Positions 27,304 to 37,596 of a stretch of DNA of 64,000 bases are shown here, one piece after another; position 1 is the stretch's first letter, and each line of letters starts with the position of its first letter. The stretch covers positions 3,768-67,767 of the forward strand of contig PLNR01000010.1 of the NCBI GenBank assembly GCA_003141835.1, given 5' to 3'. A program made the translations under genes and the position numbers. Origin of the DNA: Candidatus Omnitrophota bacterium. GTDB lineage: Bacteria; Omnitrophota; Gorgyraeia; Pluralincolimonadales; Pluralincolimonadaceae. The notes beneath the pieces are model-generated. The model worked only from the letters and a program-made list of their open reading frames with translations. It was not told the origin of the DNA and ran no database searches.

Positions 27304-28083
27304 ATGTCTATCACACAGCGGTTGTTGACGATGTTCCCTCCGTATTTATTAGGCCCGCTCGTCGTCGGGGTTTTCATCTTATTCTCGGTAACGGGGCTGC
27401 TGGTCGTCCGGCATTTCGTCCCGCATAGCAGGCTAAAGATCCATCATGATGTAGCCGACCCTATCCTCGGCGCCGTCGGCGCGGTCTATGCAGTGCTTAT
27501 AGCTTTCGTCGTGGTGACCGTATGGCAGACTTTTGACAAATCGAATTCCAACGTGGAGATGGAGGCTAATTACATGGCCGACATCTACAGGGACGCCGAG
27601 GCTTTCTCCCCGGATTTCAGGCAGAAGGTGGGTGACCTGATGCGGGAATACCGGCAGGCTGTCGTAGACGTTGAATGGCCGGCGATGCAGAGGGGCCAGA
27701 TGAGCCCAAAGGTGGAAAATATAATGAGGCGGATCTGGACGCTCTATACGTCTTACCAGCCGAAGACCGTTACCGAGCAATCTTTTTTTGACGAATCGGT
27801 AAGGAAATTGAATTCTTTCCGGGAGTTAAGGAGGCAGCGGCTGATGGACTCCAGGACCGGGATCGAGCCGCTGTTATGGTTCGTCCTGGTAGGGGGAGCG
27901 GTAGCCACCATCTCTTTCACATTTTTGTTCGGCGCGGAAAACGTAAAAGCCCAGATCATAATGGTGGTAATACTTTCAGCGATGATATCATTGATACTCT
28001 TTACTATTATGGAACTGGACTACCCTTTCACCGGGGCAGTTTCGATATCTTCAGGGCCGTTCAAAGAAACGTTATTGGATTAG
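27304..28083 (+). CDS. DUF4239 (bestrophin-like) membrane protein
   Basis: GAVYAVLIAFVVV.VW, EWPAM, R..R, LDYPF.G. Confidence 0.8.
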   Translation: MSITQRLLTMFPPYLLGPLVVGVFILFSVTGLLVVRHFVPHSRLKIHHDVADPILGAVGAVYAVLIAFVVVTVWQTFDKSNSNVEMEANYMADIYRDAEAFSPDFRQKVGDLMREYRQAVVDVEWPAMQRGQMSPKVENIMRRIWTLYTSYQPKTVTEQSFFDESVRKLNSFRELRRQRLMDSRTGIEPLLWFVLVGGAVATISFTFLFGAENVKAQIIMVVILSAMISLILFTIMELDYPFTGAVSISSGPFKETLLD

Positions 28084-28098
28084 GGAACAGGCGATAGG

Positions 28099-28968
28099 AT
28101 GCCGGACCGCGGATTACGGGAAAAAATACTAGACGCCCAGAAAAACGAGCTCACCGAGCATATCGTATACAAAAAGCTTGCCGCCGCCGTAAAAAATAAA
28201 GCGCAGGCCGAAGTCCTGGAGAAGATATCCCGCGAGGAGTTGGACCATTACGAGCTCTTCAAGGCTTTCACGAAGAAGGATGTCGACCCGAAGAATTTCA
28301 AGGTATTTATTTATGTGTTCATATCGAAAGTATTAGGATTGAACTTCGGGTTGAAGCTGATGGAAAACGGGGAATGCCTCGCCCAGGACGTCTATACCGG
28401 GTTAAAGACGGCCCTGCCCGGGATAGAAAAAACGATCGAAGATGAGCAGAAGCATGAGTCCGCGCTGCTTGCGCTGGTCAACGAAGACCGCCTGAAATAC
28501 GCAAGTTCTGTAGTCCTCGGCCTGAATGACGCTTTGATAGAATTCACGGCTAGCCTGGCCGGTTATACTTTGGCATTGCAGCACGCGAGGCTCATAGGTA
28601 TAGTGGGCCTGATAACGGGAATAGCCGCTTCCACCTCTATGGCCGCTTCGGAATACCTGTCGGTGAAGCATGAAGAAACAGGGAAAGAGCCCATTAAGGC
28701 CAGTATCTACACCGGGGTTGCATATGTCATAGTGGTAACGCTGATGGTTTTGCCGTATTTCCTGTTCGATAACGTCTTCATCAACCTGGGGCTGGTGGTC
28801 GCTGTTTCGCTTTTGGTAATATTAGTCTTCACTTTTTACATCTCGACGGCCAAGGGGCTTGATTTCAGGAAGAGGTTCCTGGAGATGGCCGGTTTAAGCC
28901 TTGCCACGGCCGCTCTGACGTTCCTTATCGGGCTTGCGATAAGAAAGATATTCGGTTTCGATGTTTAA
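28099..28968 (+). CDS. Rubrerythrin-like + VIT1/CCC1 membrane protein (MbfA-like)
   Basis: N-terminal E..H di-iron motifs (EELDH, DEQKHE); VLGLNDAL.E; SMAASEYLS. Confidence 0.85.
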   Translation: MPDRGLREKILDAQKNELTEHIVYKKLAAAVKNKAQAEVLEKISREELDHYELFKAFTKKDVDPKNFKVFIYVFISKVLGLNFGLKLMENGECLAQDVYTGLKTALPGIEKTIEDEQKHESALLALVNEDRLKYASSVVLGLNDALIEFTASLAGYTLALQHARLIGIVGLITGIAASTSMAASEYLSVKHEETGKEPIKASIYTGVAYVIVVTLMVLPYFLFDNVFINLGLVVAVSLLVILVFTFYISTAKGLDFRKRFLEMAGLSLATAALTFLIGLAIRKIFGFDV

Positions 28969-28997
28969 TAAAATAGGAATATAAGGAGGTAACCTGT

Positions 28998-29618
28998 ATG
29001 TCATTGTTCCAGGGGGTCATCAGCGGCGGTTTTGTCATATTAATCCTTGTCGGCTGCTCTATCTTGTCGCTCGCGATAATAATAGAAAGGTGTTTTTATT
29101 ATAAAAGCAGGTCCAGGGTGAAAAGAAGGGATTTTATGGATGAGGTAAGCGCGGAATTGAAGAGGGACCGCCTCATGAACGCTTTGGATATCTGCGAGAA
29201 CACCAAGACCCCTTTCTCCAGCGTCGTCCACTCGGGGCTGAAGCTCTTCGGCCACAATGAATCCGTGATATCCAACGCCATGGAAAGGGAAGTCACGATA
29301 GAGACCACGAAATTGGAACAGTATACAAGTGTAGTCGGCACAATCGCGAGCACCGCGGTCTATATCGGCCTCTTCGGGACCGTCCTGGGTATAATAAGGG
29401 CCTTCCACGATATAGCCCAGAGCGCCGGGTCCGGCGGGATAAATGTAGTCATCAACGGCATAGCCGAAGCGCTGATATGCACGGCGGCCGGCCTCTGCGT
29501 GGCAGTCCCTGCGGTCATAGCGTATAATTATTTCATCAAGAGGATAGATAAGTTCGTCGTCGATATGGACCTGGTCGTTTCCGAGACCATGGACCTGATC
29601 GCCGCAAAACACAGATGA
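28998..29618 (+). CDS. exbB: MotA/TolQ/ExbB proton channel
   Basis: IGLFGTVLGII.AF, GIAEALI.TAAGL.VAVPA. Confidence 0.88.
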   Translation: MSLFQGVISGGFVILILVGCSILSLAIIIERCFYYKSRSRVKRRDFMDEVSAELKRDRLMNALDICENTKTPFSSVVHSGLKLFGHNESVISNAMEREVTIETTKLEQYTSVVGTIASTAVYIGLFGTVLGIIRAFHDIAQSAGSGGINVVINGIAEALICTAAGLCVAVPAVIAYNYFIKRIDKFVVDMDLVVSETMDLIAAKHR

Positions 29619-30040
29619 AAAGAGAATCCAGGAGACAAAGGCTGGTCGCGGAAATAAACATAACGCCGTTCACCGACGTTATCCTTGTCCTGCTGGTCAT
29701 ATTCATGATAGCGACCCCGCTCATATCCCAGACGAGCCTTAAGATAAGGCTGCCTGAGGCCAAGAGCGGGCAGCCGCTTGAGGCCCCGAAAAAAGCGCAG
29801 GTTTATGTCACGATAATGAAAGACGGCTCGACCTATCTTGATAAGGACCAAGTGACGAAGAAGGAATTAAGGGCCAAGATCAACGCCCTGCACGGCAGCA
29901 ATCCCGACTTAAGCGTAATCGTCCATTCAGACAGGATGACGCCTTTCAAGGATGTGGTCAGCGTCCTCGACGTCCTGAACGAACTGGGAGTGAACAGGCT
30001 GAGCATAGGGGCGATGACCGAGAGGGAGATCAACAAGTAA
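29615..30040 (+). CDS. exbD: ExbD/TolR biopolymer transport protein
   Basis: EINITPFTDVILVLLVIFM. Confidence 0.9.
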   Translation: MKRESRRQRLVAEINITPFTDVILVLLVIFMIATPLISQTSLKIRLPEAKSGQPLEAPKKAQVYVTIMKDGSTYLDKDQVTKKELRAKINALHGSNPDLSVIVHSDRMTPFKDVVSVLDVLNELGVNRLSIGAMTEREINK

Positions 30041-30080
30041 AATAGCCCATTCCCAAAAGATAATATCGAAAGGGGGCGGA

Positions 30081-30704
30081 ATGAAAAAATTACTGCACAT
30101 AATAGCGACGCCGAGAGGGGAAGAATCCAGGACATTGGCGGTGACCGGCGCCTTTCTCGAGGCCTTCAGGAAGGGCCATCCCGACTGGGCAGTCGAGGAG
30201 TTCGATCTTTCAAAGGAAGACCTGCCCTCGCTTACGGTAAAGAGGGTAGACGGCAAATATGTCCTCTTGTCAGGCAAAGACCTCTCCGGAGACCTGAAAG
30301 CTGCATGGGAAGAGATCGTAAAGCATATAGAAAGGTTCCTGTCGGCAGACGGTTACCTGATAAGCACGCCGATGTGGAATTTCAGCGTCCCGTACACGCT
30401 CAAGCATTATATAGACGTCATAATCCAGCCGAAGTACATGTTCCGTTATACGGCGACCGGGGCAGAGGGGCTCGTGAAGGGCAAAAAAATGGTCATCGTA
30501 GCCAGCCGCGGCGGTGATTACAGCTCTAAGGAAACCCGCGCTGCCGACTTCCAGGAGCCTTACCTGCGCGCGATATTCGGCCTTGTGGGCATCACCGACA
30601 TTTCTTTTGTCGTTGCCCAGCCCATGGACATGGGGCCCGACCTGCAGAAGCAAAAGATAGGCGAAGCCCAGCAGGCCGCCAGGCTTGCGGCCGGCAAATT
30701 CTGA
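30081..30704 (+). CDS. azoR: FMN-dependent NADH-azoreductase / quinone reductase
   Basis: TPRG..SRT, PMWNFSVP..LK.YID, SRGG.Y, Q.PYL. Confidence 0.88.
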   Translation: MKKLLHIIATPRGEESRTLAVTGAFLEAFRKGHPDWAVEEFDLSKEDLPSLTVKRVDGKYVLLSGKDLSGDLKAAWEEIVKHIERFLSADGYLISTPMWNFSVPYTLKHYIDVIIQPKYMFRYTATGAEGLVKGKKMVIVASRGGDYSSKETRAADFQEPYLRAIFGLVGITDISFVVAQPMDMGPDLQKQKIGEAQQAARLAAGKF

Positions 30705-30718
30705 CAAGGGAGAAGATA

Positions 30719-32446
30719 TTGCGGGATGAACTGACTATAAAGATCGCCGGGGACGCGGGCCAGGGAATGCAGACGGTAAGTACGGTCCTGGCCAAGGCAT
30801 TCAAGAAAGCCGGCCTGCATATATTTGTTAACCAGGATTTCATGTCGAGGATACGCGGCGGCAACAACTTTTCCCAGTTAAGGGTCGCGGCAAAGCCAGT
30901 TTTTGCCCCGAGGGAGAGGACTGATATCATCGTATCCCTTGACAAGGAAAGCGCAAGCCTTCATAGCGCTTCCGTCGCAAACGAAGGCATAATGATCCTG
31001 GACAGGCAAAAGACCGGGATAACCGGTAACGAGCCGTCATATTTTGACGTCCCGTTTTACGACATGGCGAAGAAGGCCGGCGGCAGCGAGCTCTACGCCA
31101 ATTCCGCGGCAAGCGGCATCCTTGCCGGGATAACGCGCCTCGATTTCCGCCATGTTGAAGAAGCGTTGAAAGAGACGTTCGGCGACAAGTCTGCGGACGT
31201 GATAAAGATAAATATAGACGCGGCTCGCCTGGGATATGACTTCGCGAAGGATAATTTCAAGCCGGATATGTTCGCGATCAAAGAAAGCGGACCGAACGGC
31301 AATTTGTTGATGAACGGCAACGACGCGATCGCGCTTGGCGCCATAAGGGCCGGCTGCAAATTTTATTCCGCGTACCCGATGTCCCCTTCCACTAGCATAA
31401 TGGAGAATATAAGCCGTTACGCGAAGGATTTCGGCATCATCGTCGAACAGGCCGAGGACGAGATCGCGGCGATAAACATGATAATAGGGGCTTCGTTCGC
31501 CGGCGTACGTTCGATGTGCGCCACATCCGGCGGCGGGTTCGCCCTGATGGCCGAAGGGCTAAGCCTTGCCGGTATGCTGGAGACGCCTATTGTCGCGGTT
31601 GACGCGCAGAGGCCGGCTCCGGCGACCGGATTCCCGACCCGCACGGAGCAGGCCGACCTCGATTTTATCATCCATGCGGGCCACGGCGAATTCGCGAGGG
31701 CGGTATTTGCCCCGGGGACGGCAGAGCAGGCTTTTTACCTTACCGTAAAGGCGTTCAACCTCGCGGAAAAATTCCAGGTGCCGGTCATTATCCTGACCGA
31801 CCAGCATCTCGCCGATTCTTCGCGCGATATAGGGGCCTTCGACCTGGGTAATGCCAGGGTGGAGCGCCATATCATCTCGAAAGAGGACTCGAAGAAGGTC
31901 GCAGGATACAAACGCTACCAGATCACTAAGACGGGCATTTCGCCTATGGCAGTGCCTTCATGGATAGACGACGTGATCTACGCGGACAGCGACGAACATA
32001 CCGAAGAGGGGCACATCACCGAGGACGCGCATATAAGGGTCTCGATGGTGGAAAAGCGGTTATATAAGAAGATGGAACTTCTCTCGCAGGAGATCGAAGA
32101 GCCGGCCAGGTTCAATATTGAAAGCGCCGATACTATACTGGTCGGGTTCGGCTCGACTTACGGGGTCATGAAAGAGGCCTGCGACGCGATCCCGCGCGGG
32201 AAAACCGGATTTGTGCACCTTTCGCAGGTGTGGCCGTTCCCTTCGAGGCAATTGGCCGCGTTATTGAAAGGAAATAAGAAGATCCTCACGGTAGAGAACA
32301 ACGCCGGCGCGCAACTCGCCGGCCTCATCCGCCGTTTTACCGGCATCGAGGCCGACGGTTCGATATTGAAATATGACGGGCGGCCCTTTGATGTCGATTT
32401 CCTCGTAGAGAGGGTCTCGGAGGTCACAAGCCATGGCAGACGTTAA
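30719..32446 (+). CDS. korA: 2-oxoacid:ferredoxin oxidoreductase alpha subunit (gamma-alpha fusion)
   Basis: G.AGQG, SRIRGG, YPMSPST, QAEDEIAA, TSGGG, PTRTEQ, VENN. Confidence 0.92.
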   Translation: MRDELTIKIAGDAGQGMQTVSTVLAKAFKKAGLHIFVNQDFMSRIRGGNNFSQLRVAAKPVFAPRERTDIIVSLDKESASLHSASVANEGIMILDRQKTGITGNEPSYFDVPFYDMAKKAGGSELYANSAASGILAGITRLDFRHVEEALKETFGDKSADVIKINIDAARLGYDFAKDNFKPDMFAIKESGPNGNLLMNGNDAIALGAIRAGCKFYSAYPMSPSTSIMENISRYAKDFGIIVEQAEDEIAAINMIIGASFAGVRSMCATSGGGFALMAEGLSLAGMLETPIVAVDAQRPAPATGFPTRTEQADLDFIIHAGHGEFARAVFAPGTAEQAFYLTVKAFNLAEKFQVPVIILTDQHLADSSRDIGAFDLGNARVERHIISKEDSKKVAGYKRYQITKTGISPMAVPSWIDDVIYADSDEHTEEGHITEDAHIRVSMVEKRLYKKMELLSQEIEEPARFNIESADTILVGFGSTYGVMKEACDAIPRGKTGFVHLSQVWPFPSRQLAALLKGNKKILTVENNAGAQLAGLIRRFTGIEADGSILKYDGRPFDVDFLVERVSEVTSHGRR

Positions 32447-33293
32447 AGATTTCATGAGCAATGATCCGATAGCATGGTGCCCGGGATGCGGGGATTACGG
32501 CATCCTGAACGCATTGAAAGCGGCGCTAGTAAAACTGGGGCGGAAACCCAAGGATATAGTCATTGCCTCGGGGATAGGTCAGGCCGCTAAATTGCCGCAT
32601 TATATAAAATGCAATTGCATAAACGGGCTCCACGGAAGGTCCCTCTCATACGCGGCCGCGGTCAAGATCGTCAATCGTGAATTGACCGTCATCGTCACCA
32701 CAGGCGACGGCGATTGCTACGGCGAAGGCGGTAACCATTTCATACACAATATCAGGCGCAATACGGATATTACCGTGATAGTCCACAATAACCAGATCTA
32801 CGGCCTCACCAAGGGACAGGCCTCGCCCACGACCGATGAGGGTTATGTCACTAAGGTGCAGCCCCAGGGAGTGATCTTGGAGCCGATCCGCGCGCTGGAG
32901 ATGGCGATAGCCCTCGGCGCGGGTTTTGTGGGCCGCGGTTATTCCGCGAATATGGAACATCTTTCATGGTTGATCGTCGAAGCGATCAATCACAAGGGGT
33001 TCTCACTCGTAGAGGTATTGCAGCCGTGCGTCTCGTTCAACAAAAAAAATACCCACGAATGGTATTCGAAGAGGGTATATAAGGTCAACGACGACCCGGC
33101 ATACGATCCCGGGAATTTTGCCGCGGCGTTCCAGAAGGCCTCGGAATGGGGCGACAGGATCCCGACAGGCATAATATACAGGACCGAGAAACCTTCATAC
33201 GGGGAGAAGAGCGGCCTCGATAAAATGCCGCCGCTGGTCGACAGCAAGATAGACGATATCGACATAACAAGCATTTTAAAAGAATACGCATAA
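32433..33293 (+). CDS. korB: 2-oxoacid:ferredoxin oxidoreductase beta subunit (TPP-binding)
   Basis: WCPGCG, HGR, GDGD, NN.IYGLTKGQ.SPT, QPC. Confidence 0.92.
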   Translation: MADVKDFMSNDPIAWCPGCGDYGILNALKAALVKLGRKPKDIVIASGIGQAAKLPHYIKCNCINGLHGRSLSYAAAVKIVNRELTVIVTTGDGDCYGEGGNHFIHNIRRNTDITVIVHNNQIYGLTKGQASPTTDEGYVTKVQPQGVILEPIRALEMAIALGAGFVGRGYSANMEHLSWLIVEAINHKGFSLVEVLQPCVSFNKKNTHEWYSKRVYKVNDDPAYDPGNFAAAFQKASEWGDRIPTGIIYRTEKPSYGEKSGLDKMPPLVDSKIDDIDITSILKEYA

Positions 33294-33327
33294 ATTAACC
33301 GTACTGCCCGAAAAATAGGAGGGACCG

Positions 33328-33723
33328 ATGGCACAGTTAAAGGAACTTTTTCAGGACGCGGACTGGAAGGCTGAGAAGCACGTGCCGGTAATAGAAGCGC
33401 CGGTTAAGGCCAAAAAACAGGAACCTATCCCGGTCACAGTGACCGTGGGGAAAGAGATACCCCATCCGAACACTACCGAGCACCATATCCGCTGGATAGA
33501 GGTATATTTCCAGCCTAAGGGCGAGAAATTCCCTTACCAGGTAGGCCGGTTCGAGTTCACCGCCCACGGCGAATCTGTCCAGGGGATGAATACGAGCACT
33601 GTATACACACAGCCCTCGGTCAAGCTGAGTTTCAGGACGGAAAAGCCCGGGACCATCCTCGCTTCCTCTTATTGCAACATACACGGCCTGTGGGAAAACT
33701 CCCAGGAATTGGACGTAGAATGA
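33328..33723 (+). CDS. Class II superoxide reductase (neelaredoxin)
   Basis: EKHVP, HP....HHI.WI, CNIHGLW. Confidence 0.92.
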   Translation: MAQLKELFQDADWKAEKHVPVIEAPVKAKKQEPIPVTVTVGKEIPHPNTTEHHIRWIEVYFQPKGEKFPYQVGRFEFTAHGESVQGMNTSTVYTQPSVKLSFRTEKPGTILASSYCNIHGLWENSQELDVE

Positions 33724-34550
33724 CGATGAGGACCGTGACTTTTAAAGGAACCCCGGTAACCCTGGTCGGAAGGGCCTTGAAGATCGACGCCGCGGCGCCG
33801 AATTTCCGGCTGACTTCGGGCAGCCTGGAAGAGGTCAGGCTGGGGAATTTCAAGGGAAAGACGAAGGTGATAACTTCTTTCCCTTCGATAGACACTCCCG
33901 TTTGCGACCTGCAGGTGAAGGAATTCAACAAACGCGCCGCCGGGCTTTCCCGGGACGCGGTCATCATAGGGGTAAGCAAGGACCTGCCCTTCGCGCAGAA
34001 GAGGTTCTGCGAATCCTTCGACATAAACGATATAACCCTATTGTCGGACTATAAGACCTCGTCTTTCGGGATAAATTACGGGCTTTTGATAAAAGAGATG
34101 AACTTGTTGGCAAGATCCATAACAATATTGGATAAAAATGATATCATAAGATACATCCAAATAGTGCCCGAATTGGCCACTCCCCCGGATTATCGAGCGG
34201 CCCTGACTGAGCTAGATTTGATTTTAAAAAGTCAAGCCGCGAAGACCCCGTCCGGTGACGGGGTGATGCTAGCGCCAAAAGAGAAAGCGGATAAGCTGGC
34301 AGCCATGCATAGCGGCTGGCAGCTGGTCGAAGATAAAAAAATAGAGAAGGAGTTTAAATTCAAGGATTTTATCGAGGCAAAATATTTTCTCGACCTTATA
34401 AGCGTCATCGCCGAAGAGGAAGGCCATCATCCAAGCATGACATTGGCCTATAATAAACTGAAAGTCACGCTAACGACCCACGCGGCCGGCGGGCTGACCG
34501 AAAACGATTTTATCATGGCCGGCCATATAGATAGCCTTGGGATGGGTTAA
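33720..34550 (+). CDS. tpx: Thiol peroxidase (Tpx) fused to pterin-4a-carbinolamine dehydratase
   Basis: Start at ATG 33720 (ATGA overlap). PSIDTPVC and [10 protein letters not shown], then F.DF..A, AE...HHP and [11 protein letters not shown] in one frame. Confidence 0.88.
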   Translation: MTMRTVTFKGTPVTLVGRALKIDAAAPNFRLTSGSLEEVRLGNFKGKTKVITSFPSIDTPVCDLQVKEFNKRAAGLSRDAVIIGVSKDLPFAQKRFCESFDINDITLLSDYKTSSFGINYGLLIKEMNLLARSITILDKNDIIRYIQIVPELATPPDYRAALTELDLILKSQAAKTPSGDGVMLAPKEKADKLAAMHSGWQLVEDKKIEKEFKFKDFIEAKYFLDLISVIAEEEGHHPSMTLAYNKLKVTLTTHAAGGLTENDFIMAGHIDSLGMG

Positions 34551-34551
34551 C

Positions 34552-35616
34552 ATGGAGAAACTAGCCCTGGTTACCGGTTCGGCCGGCCTGGTAGGTTCAG
34601 AATGCGTCAAATTTTTTTCCGGGAAGGGTTTCAGCGTCATCGGCGTCGACAACAATATGAGGAAGACCTTCTTCGGCGACGCCGCTTCGGTGGAATGGAA
34701 CAAGGACCTTCTCCTAAAGACAGCCCCGGATTACGTCCACTATGACTTCGATATACGGGATAAAGCGGCTATCGAAGGTCTTTTTATAAAATATAAGTTC
34801 GACCTGATAATCCATGCCGCGGCGCAACCCTCGCATGACTGGGCCGCGAAAGAACCTTCCACGGATTTCGACATCAATGCCGGCGGGACGCAGACGATGC
34901 TGGAGAATTTCAGGCTGCATGCCCCCGAAGCGGTCTTCATATTCCTTTCCACGAATAAAGTCTACGGAGACAATCCCAACAGGCTCCCCTTAGTCGAGCT
35001 CGAAAAAAGGTTCGAACTTCCGGAGGGCCACAAGTTTTACGGCGGGATAGACGAATCGTTCAGCATTGATAACTGCCTCCACAGCCTTTTCGGCGCCTCA
35101 AAAGCCGCCGCAGACCTGCTCGTCCAGGAATACGGCAGGTATTTCGGCCTCAAGACCGCGGCGTTCAGGTGCGGATGCATAACAGGGCCGTACCATTCCG
35201 GGGCCGAGCTGCACGGTTTCTTGTCGTACCTGGTGAAATGCTGCATCTCCGGGAAGAAATACACTATCTTCGGATATAAAGGAAAACAGGTGCGCGATAA
35301 CATCCATTCCCGCGACCTCGTTGAGGCGTTCTACAGGTTCTATCTCAAGCCCCGCCCGGGAGAGGTCTATAACATGGGAGGGGGCAGGGACGCAAGCGTC
35401 TCGGTCCTTGAGGCGATAGGGCTTTGCGAGGCGGTCACCGGCAGGAAGATGTCCTATGAGTACGCCGACCGCAACAGGATAGGCGACCATATCTGGTGGA
35501 TATCCGGCCTCTCGAAATTCAAGTCGCATTATCCCGGGTGGAAGATCTCCTATGATGCCCGCGGCCTCATCGAGGATATATTCGTCCAGCAAGAAAAATT
35601 AACCGGAAATAAATGA
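34552..35616 (+). CDS. NAD-dependent nucleotide-sugar epimerase (CDP-paratose 2-epimerase-like)
   Basis: [42 protein letters not shown]. Confidence 0.88.
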   Translation: MEKLALVTGSAGLVGSECVKFFSGKGFSVIGVDNNMRKTFFGDAASVEWNKDLLLKTAPDYVHYDFDIRDKAAIEGLFIKYKFDLIIHAAAQPSHDWAAKEPSTDFDINAGGTQTMLENFRLHAPEAVFIFLSTNKVYGDNPNRLPLVELEKRFELPEGHKFYGGIDESFSIDNCLHSLFGASKAAADLLVQEYGRYFGLKTAAFRCGCITGPYHSGAELHGFLSYLVKCCISGKKYTIFGYKGKQVRDNIHSRDLVEAFYRFYLKPRPGEVYNMGGGRDASVSVLEAIGLCEAVTGRKMSYEYADRNRIGDHIWWISGLSKFKSHYPGWKISYDARGLIEDIFVQQEKLTGNK

Positions 35617-36875
35617 AAAGATCCGCGACCTTCAATATTTTTTTCTGGACGGCCGTCTCCATTGCCGTCATAGCTACGGGCATCTCCCTTTCCATGAGGG
35701 GCGGCAGGGACCTTAAGGTGGGGTTGTACGGGGTCGACCAGGTGCTGCACGGCAAGTCGCCGTATGATAACATCTCCGACGCGAACCGCCCGCTCTTCCG
35801 TTACGCCCCCGGCATGACGATCATCCAATATCCTTTTATGCTGAAAAGCAAGATAGTCGAACCGTCGCCCACAGAGCCTTTGGATTTCAAAGGCATGCTG
35901 CCTTCCGTATTCGCCTGGTACCTGGCCGAACTGATCGCGGTAGCGCTTAGCGGATTGATGTTACTCCGGCTTATCCCGCCCAGGACCAAAGAAGAGGGGA
36001 TGCGGAACCTTAAGATAAGCCTGCTTCTGGCTTTTCCTTTCCTGCTCTATGAATTATCCAACAGCCAGAACAAGCTCGTCGCCCTGTTCTTCCTGCTGAC
36101 AGCCCTTTTATTGTTCAAGGAAAAAAGGTCGTTCTTTTCGGCCGTCTATTTCTGCCTCGCCTTGACCGTATACAGCCCGTTACTGGTCTTTATCCTGTAT
36201 TTTATGATAAAAAGCAGGGGGAGATACATCTTCAGCTTCATCGCCGGGGTCTTCATCGTTTTTTTCCTCGTCCCTTCCGCGGTATTCGGGATAGGGTTCA
36301 ATAACTTCCTGCTGAAAGAATGGTTCGACCGCGCCATCAAACCGTTCTCTGCCGCCGGTTCTTACGCGGCCTACCTCGACCTCAGGGTCAGCAACCAGTC
36401 GCTGCCCGGAGCCATAGGGAGGCTGCTTGCGCCGGGAGGGACCACGAATTTCCATTACATTATTTCACCGGAATCGATCCACCTGGTCATTAGGGTGCTC
36501 TCTGTGGCGATCGTCCTGTTATCGTGTTTCGTAGTCTGGAAGACTACGGTCTGGAAGAGTGCAGTCTGGAGAGGTCCGAAAGATTCCCGGGCCGGCCTCG
36601 CGTATCCGGTCTTTTTGATGCTCGCGCTCTTGCTTCCGCAATATTGCATTTATTATACCTGGGCGTGGACGTTCGTCTTTTATTTTGCCGCGCTCGATTA
36701 TGCCGGCCGCGCCGATCTCCCGCCCGCCGGCAAGAGGTTATTACTCACGGCCTCAGCGATCTTATTCATTTCAACCTGCCTGGTATTCATACCTGCCTTA
36801 AAGGTTATTTCCGTTATTTCGTGGTCTACGTTGTTCTTGTGGGCGGCCATGGTGAAGGTTTCATATGAAAAATAA
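35613..36875 (+). CDS. GT-C / GT87-like (DUF2029) polytopic membrane glycosyltransferase
   Basis: Multiple TM helices; D......L..G.SPY, FRYAP, SQ, NQSL. Confidence 0.65.
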   Translation: MKRSATFNIFFWTAVSIAVIATGISLSMRGGRDLKVGLYGVDQVLHGKSPYDNISDANRPLFRYAPGMTIIQYPFMLKSKIVEPSPTEPLDFKGMLPSVFAWYLAELIAVALSGLMLLRLIPPRTKEEGMRNLKISLLLAFPFLLYELSNSQNKLVALFFLLTALLLFKEKRSFFSAVYFCLALTVYSPLLVFILYFMIKSRGRYIFSFIAGVFIVFFLVPSAVFGIGFNNFLLKEWFDRAIKPFSAAGSYAAYLDLRVSNQSLPGAIGRLLAPGGTTNFHYIISPESIHLVIRVLSVAIVLLSCFVVWKTTVWKSAVWRGPKDSRAGLAYPVFLMLALLLPQYCIYYTWAWTFVFYFAALDYAGRADLPPAGKRLLLTASAILFISTCLVFIPALKVISVISWSTLFLWAAMVKVSYEK

Positions 36876-37596
36876 TCTCTCGGCCGTTTTGATAGCCCAT
36901 AACGAAGAAGGGAATATCGGCAGGATGATAGAAGGCCTGCTGGAAAATTATCACGATGAGCTCCTCGAGATCATCGTGGTCAGCGATTCCAGCACCGACA
37001 GGACATCGGATATCGTCCGGAAATGGATGGCCCGCGACAACAAGGTCAGGCTTATAGAGAAAGGCAAACCGAGCGGGGCAGGGCTCGCCTTGAGGGCGGG
37101 TTTTAAGAACGTCAGCCCCAAGGCGGATTATGTCCTGACGATGGATTCGGATTTTACGGAGAATATAAAAGAGGTCCGCTCGCTTATCGGGGCCGCGGAA
37201 AGGGAAGGGTTTGACGGGGCGATAGGCTCGCGTTATATGGAAGGCGGGAAGCTCGTCAACTATCCGCTCATGAAGAAGATAATGAACCGCGGATTCCATT
37301 TTATCGTCAAGGCGCTCTTCCGCATAAAACAGGAAGACCTTACCAATAATTTCAAGCTTTATAAAGCCGGGATAATCAGGACACTCCCGTGGGAGAGCGA
37401 CGATTTCGCGATAAACGCCGAGACAGGCATATTCCCGATCGTGGCCGGATATAATATCGCCGAAGTCCCCGTATCGTGGATACAGAGGGGGGAGGGGCAA
37501 GGCAAATCAAAGTTCCGCCTCTTCAAGGTGGGCAGGAGTTACATTAAAGTGATCGGGCGCGCCTGGGCGCTTTCACGAGGGAAAAAGACTTCCTGA
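36865..37596 (+). CDS. GT2 polyprenol-phosphate glycosyltransferase (DPM1-like)
   Basis: AHNEE.NI, D.S.D.T, MDSD, GSRY, EVPV.W..R..G.SK. Confidence 0.88.
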   Translation: MKNNLSAVLIAHNEEGNIGRMIEGLLENYHDELLEIIVVSDSSTDRTSDIVRKWMARDNKVRLIEKGKPSGAGLALRAGFKNVSPKADYVLTMDSDFTENIKEVRSLIGAAEREGFDGAIGSRYMEGGKLVNYPLMKKIMNRGFHFIVKALFRIKQEDLTNNFKLYKAGIIRTLPWESDDFAINAETGIFPIVAGYNIAEVPVSWIQRGEGQGKSKFRLFKVGRSYIKVIGRAWALSRGKKTS

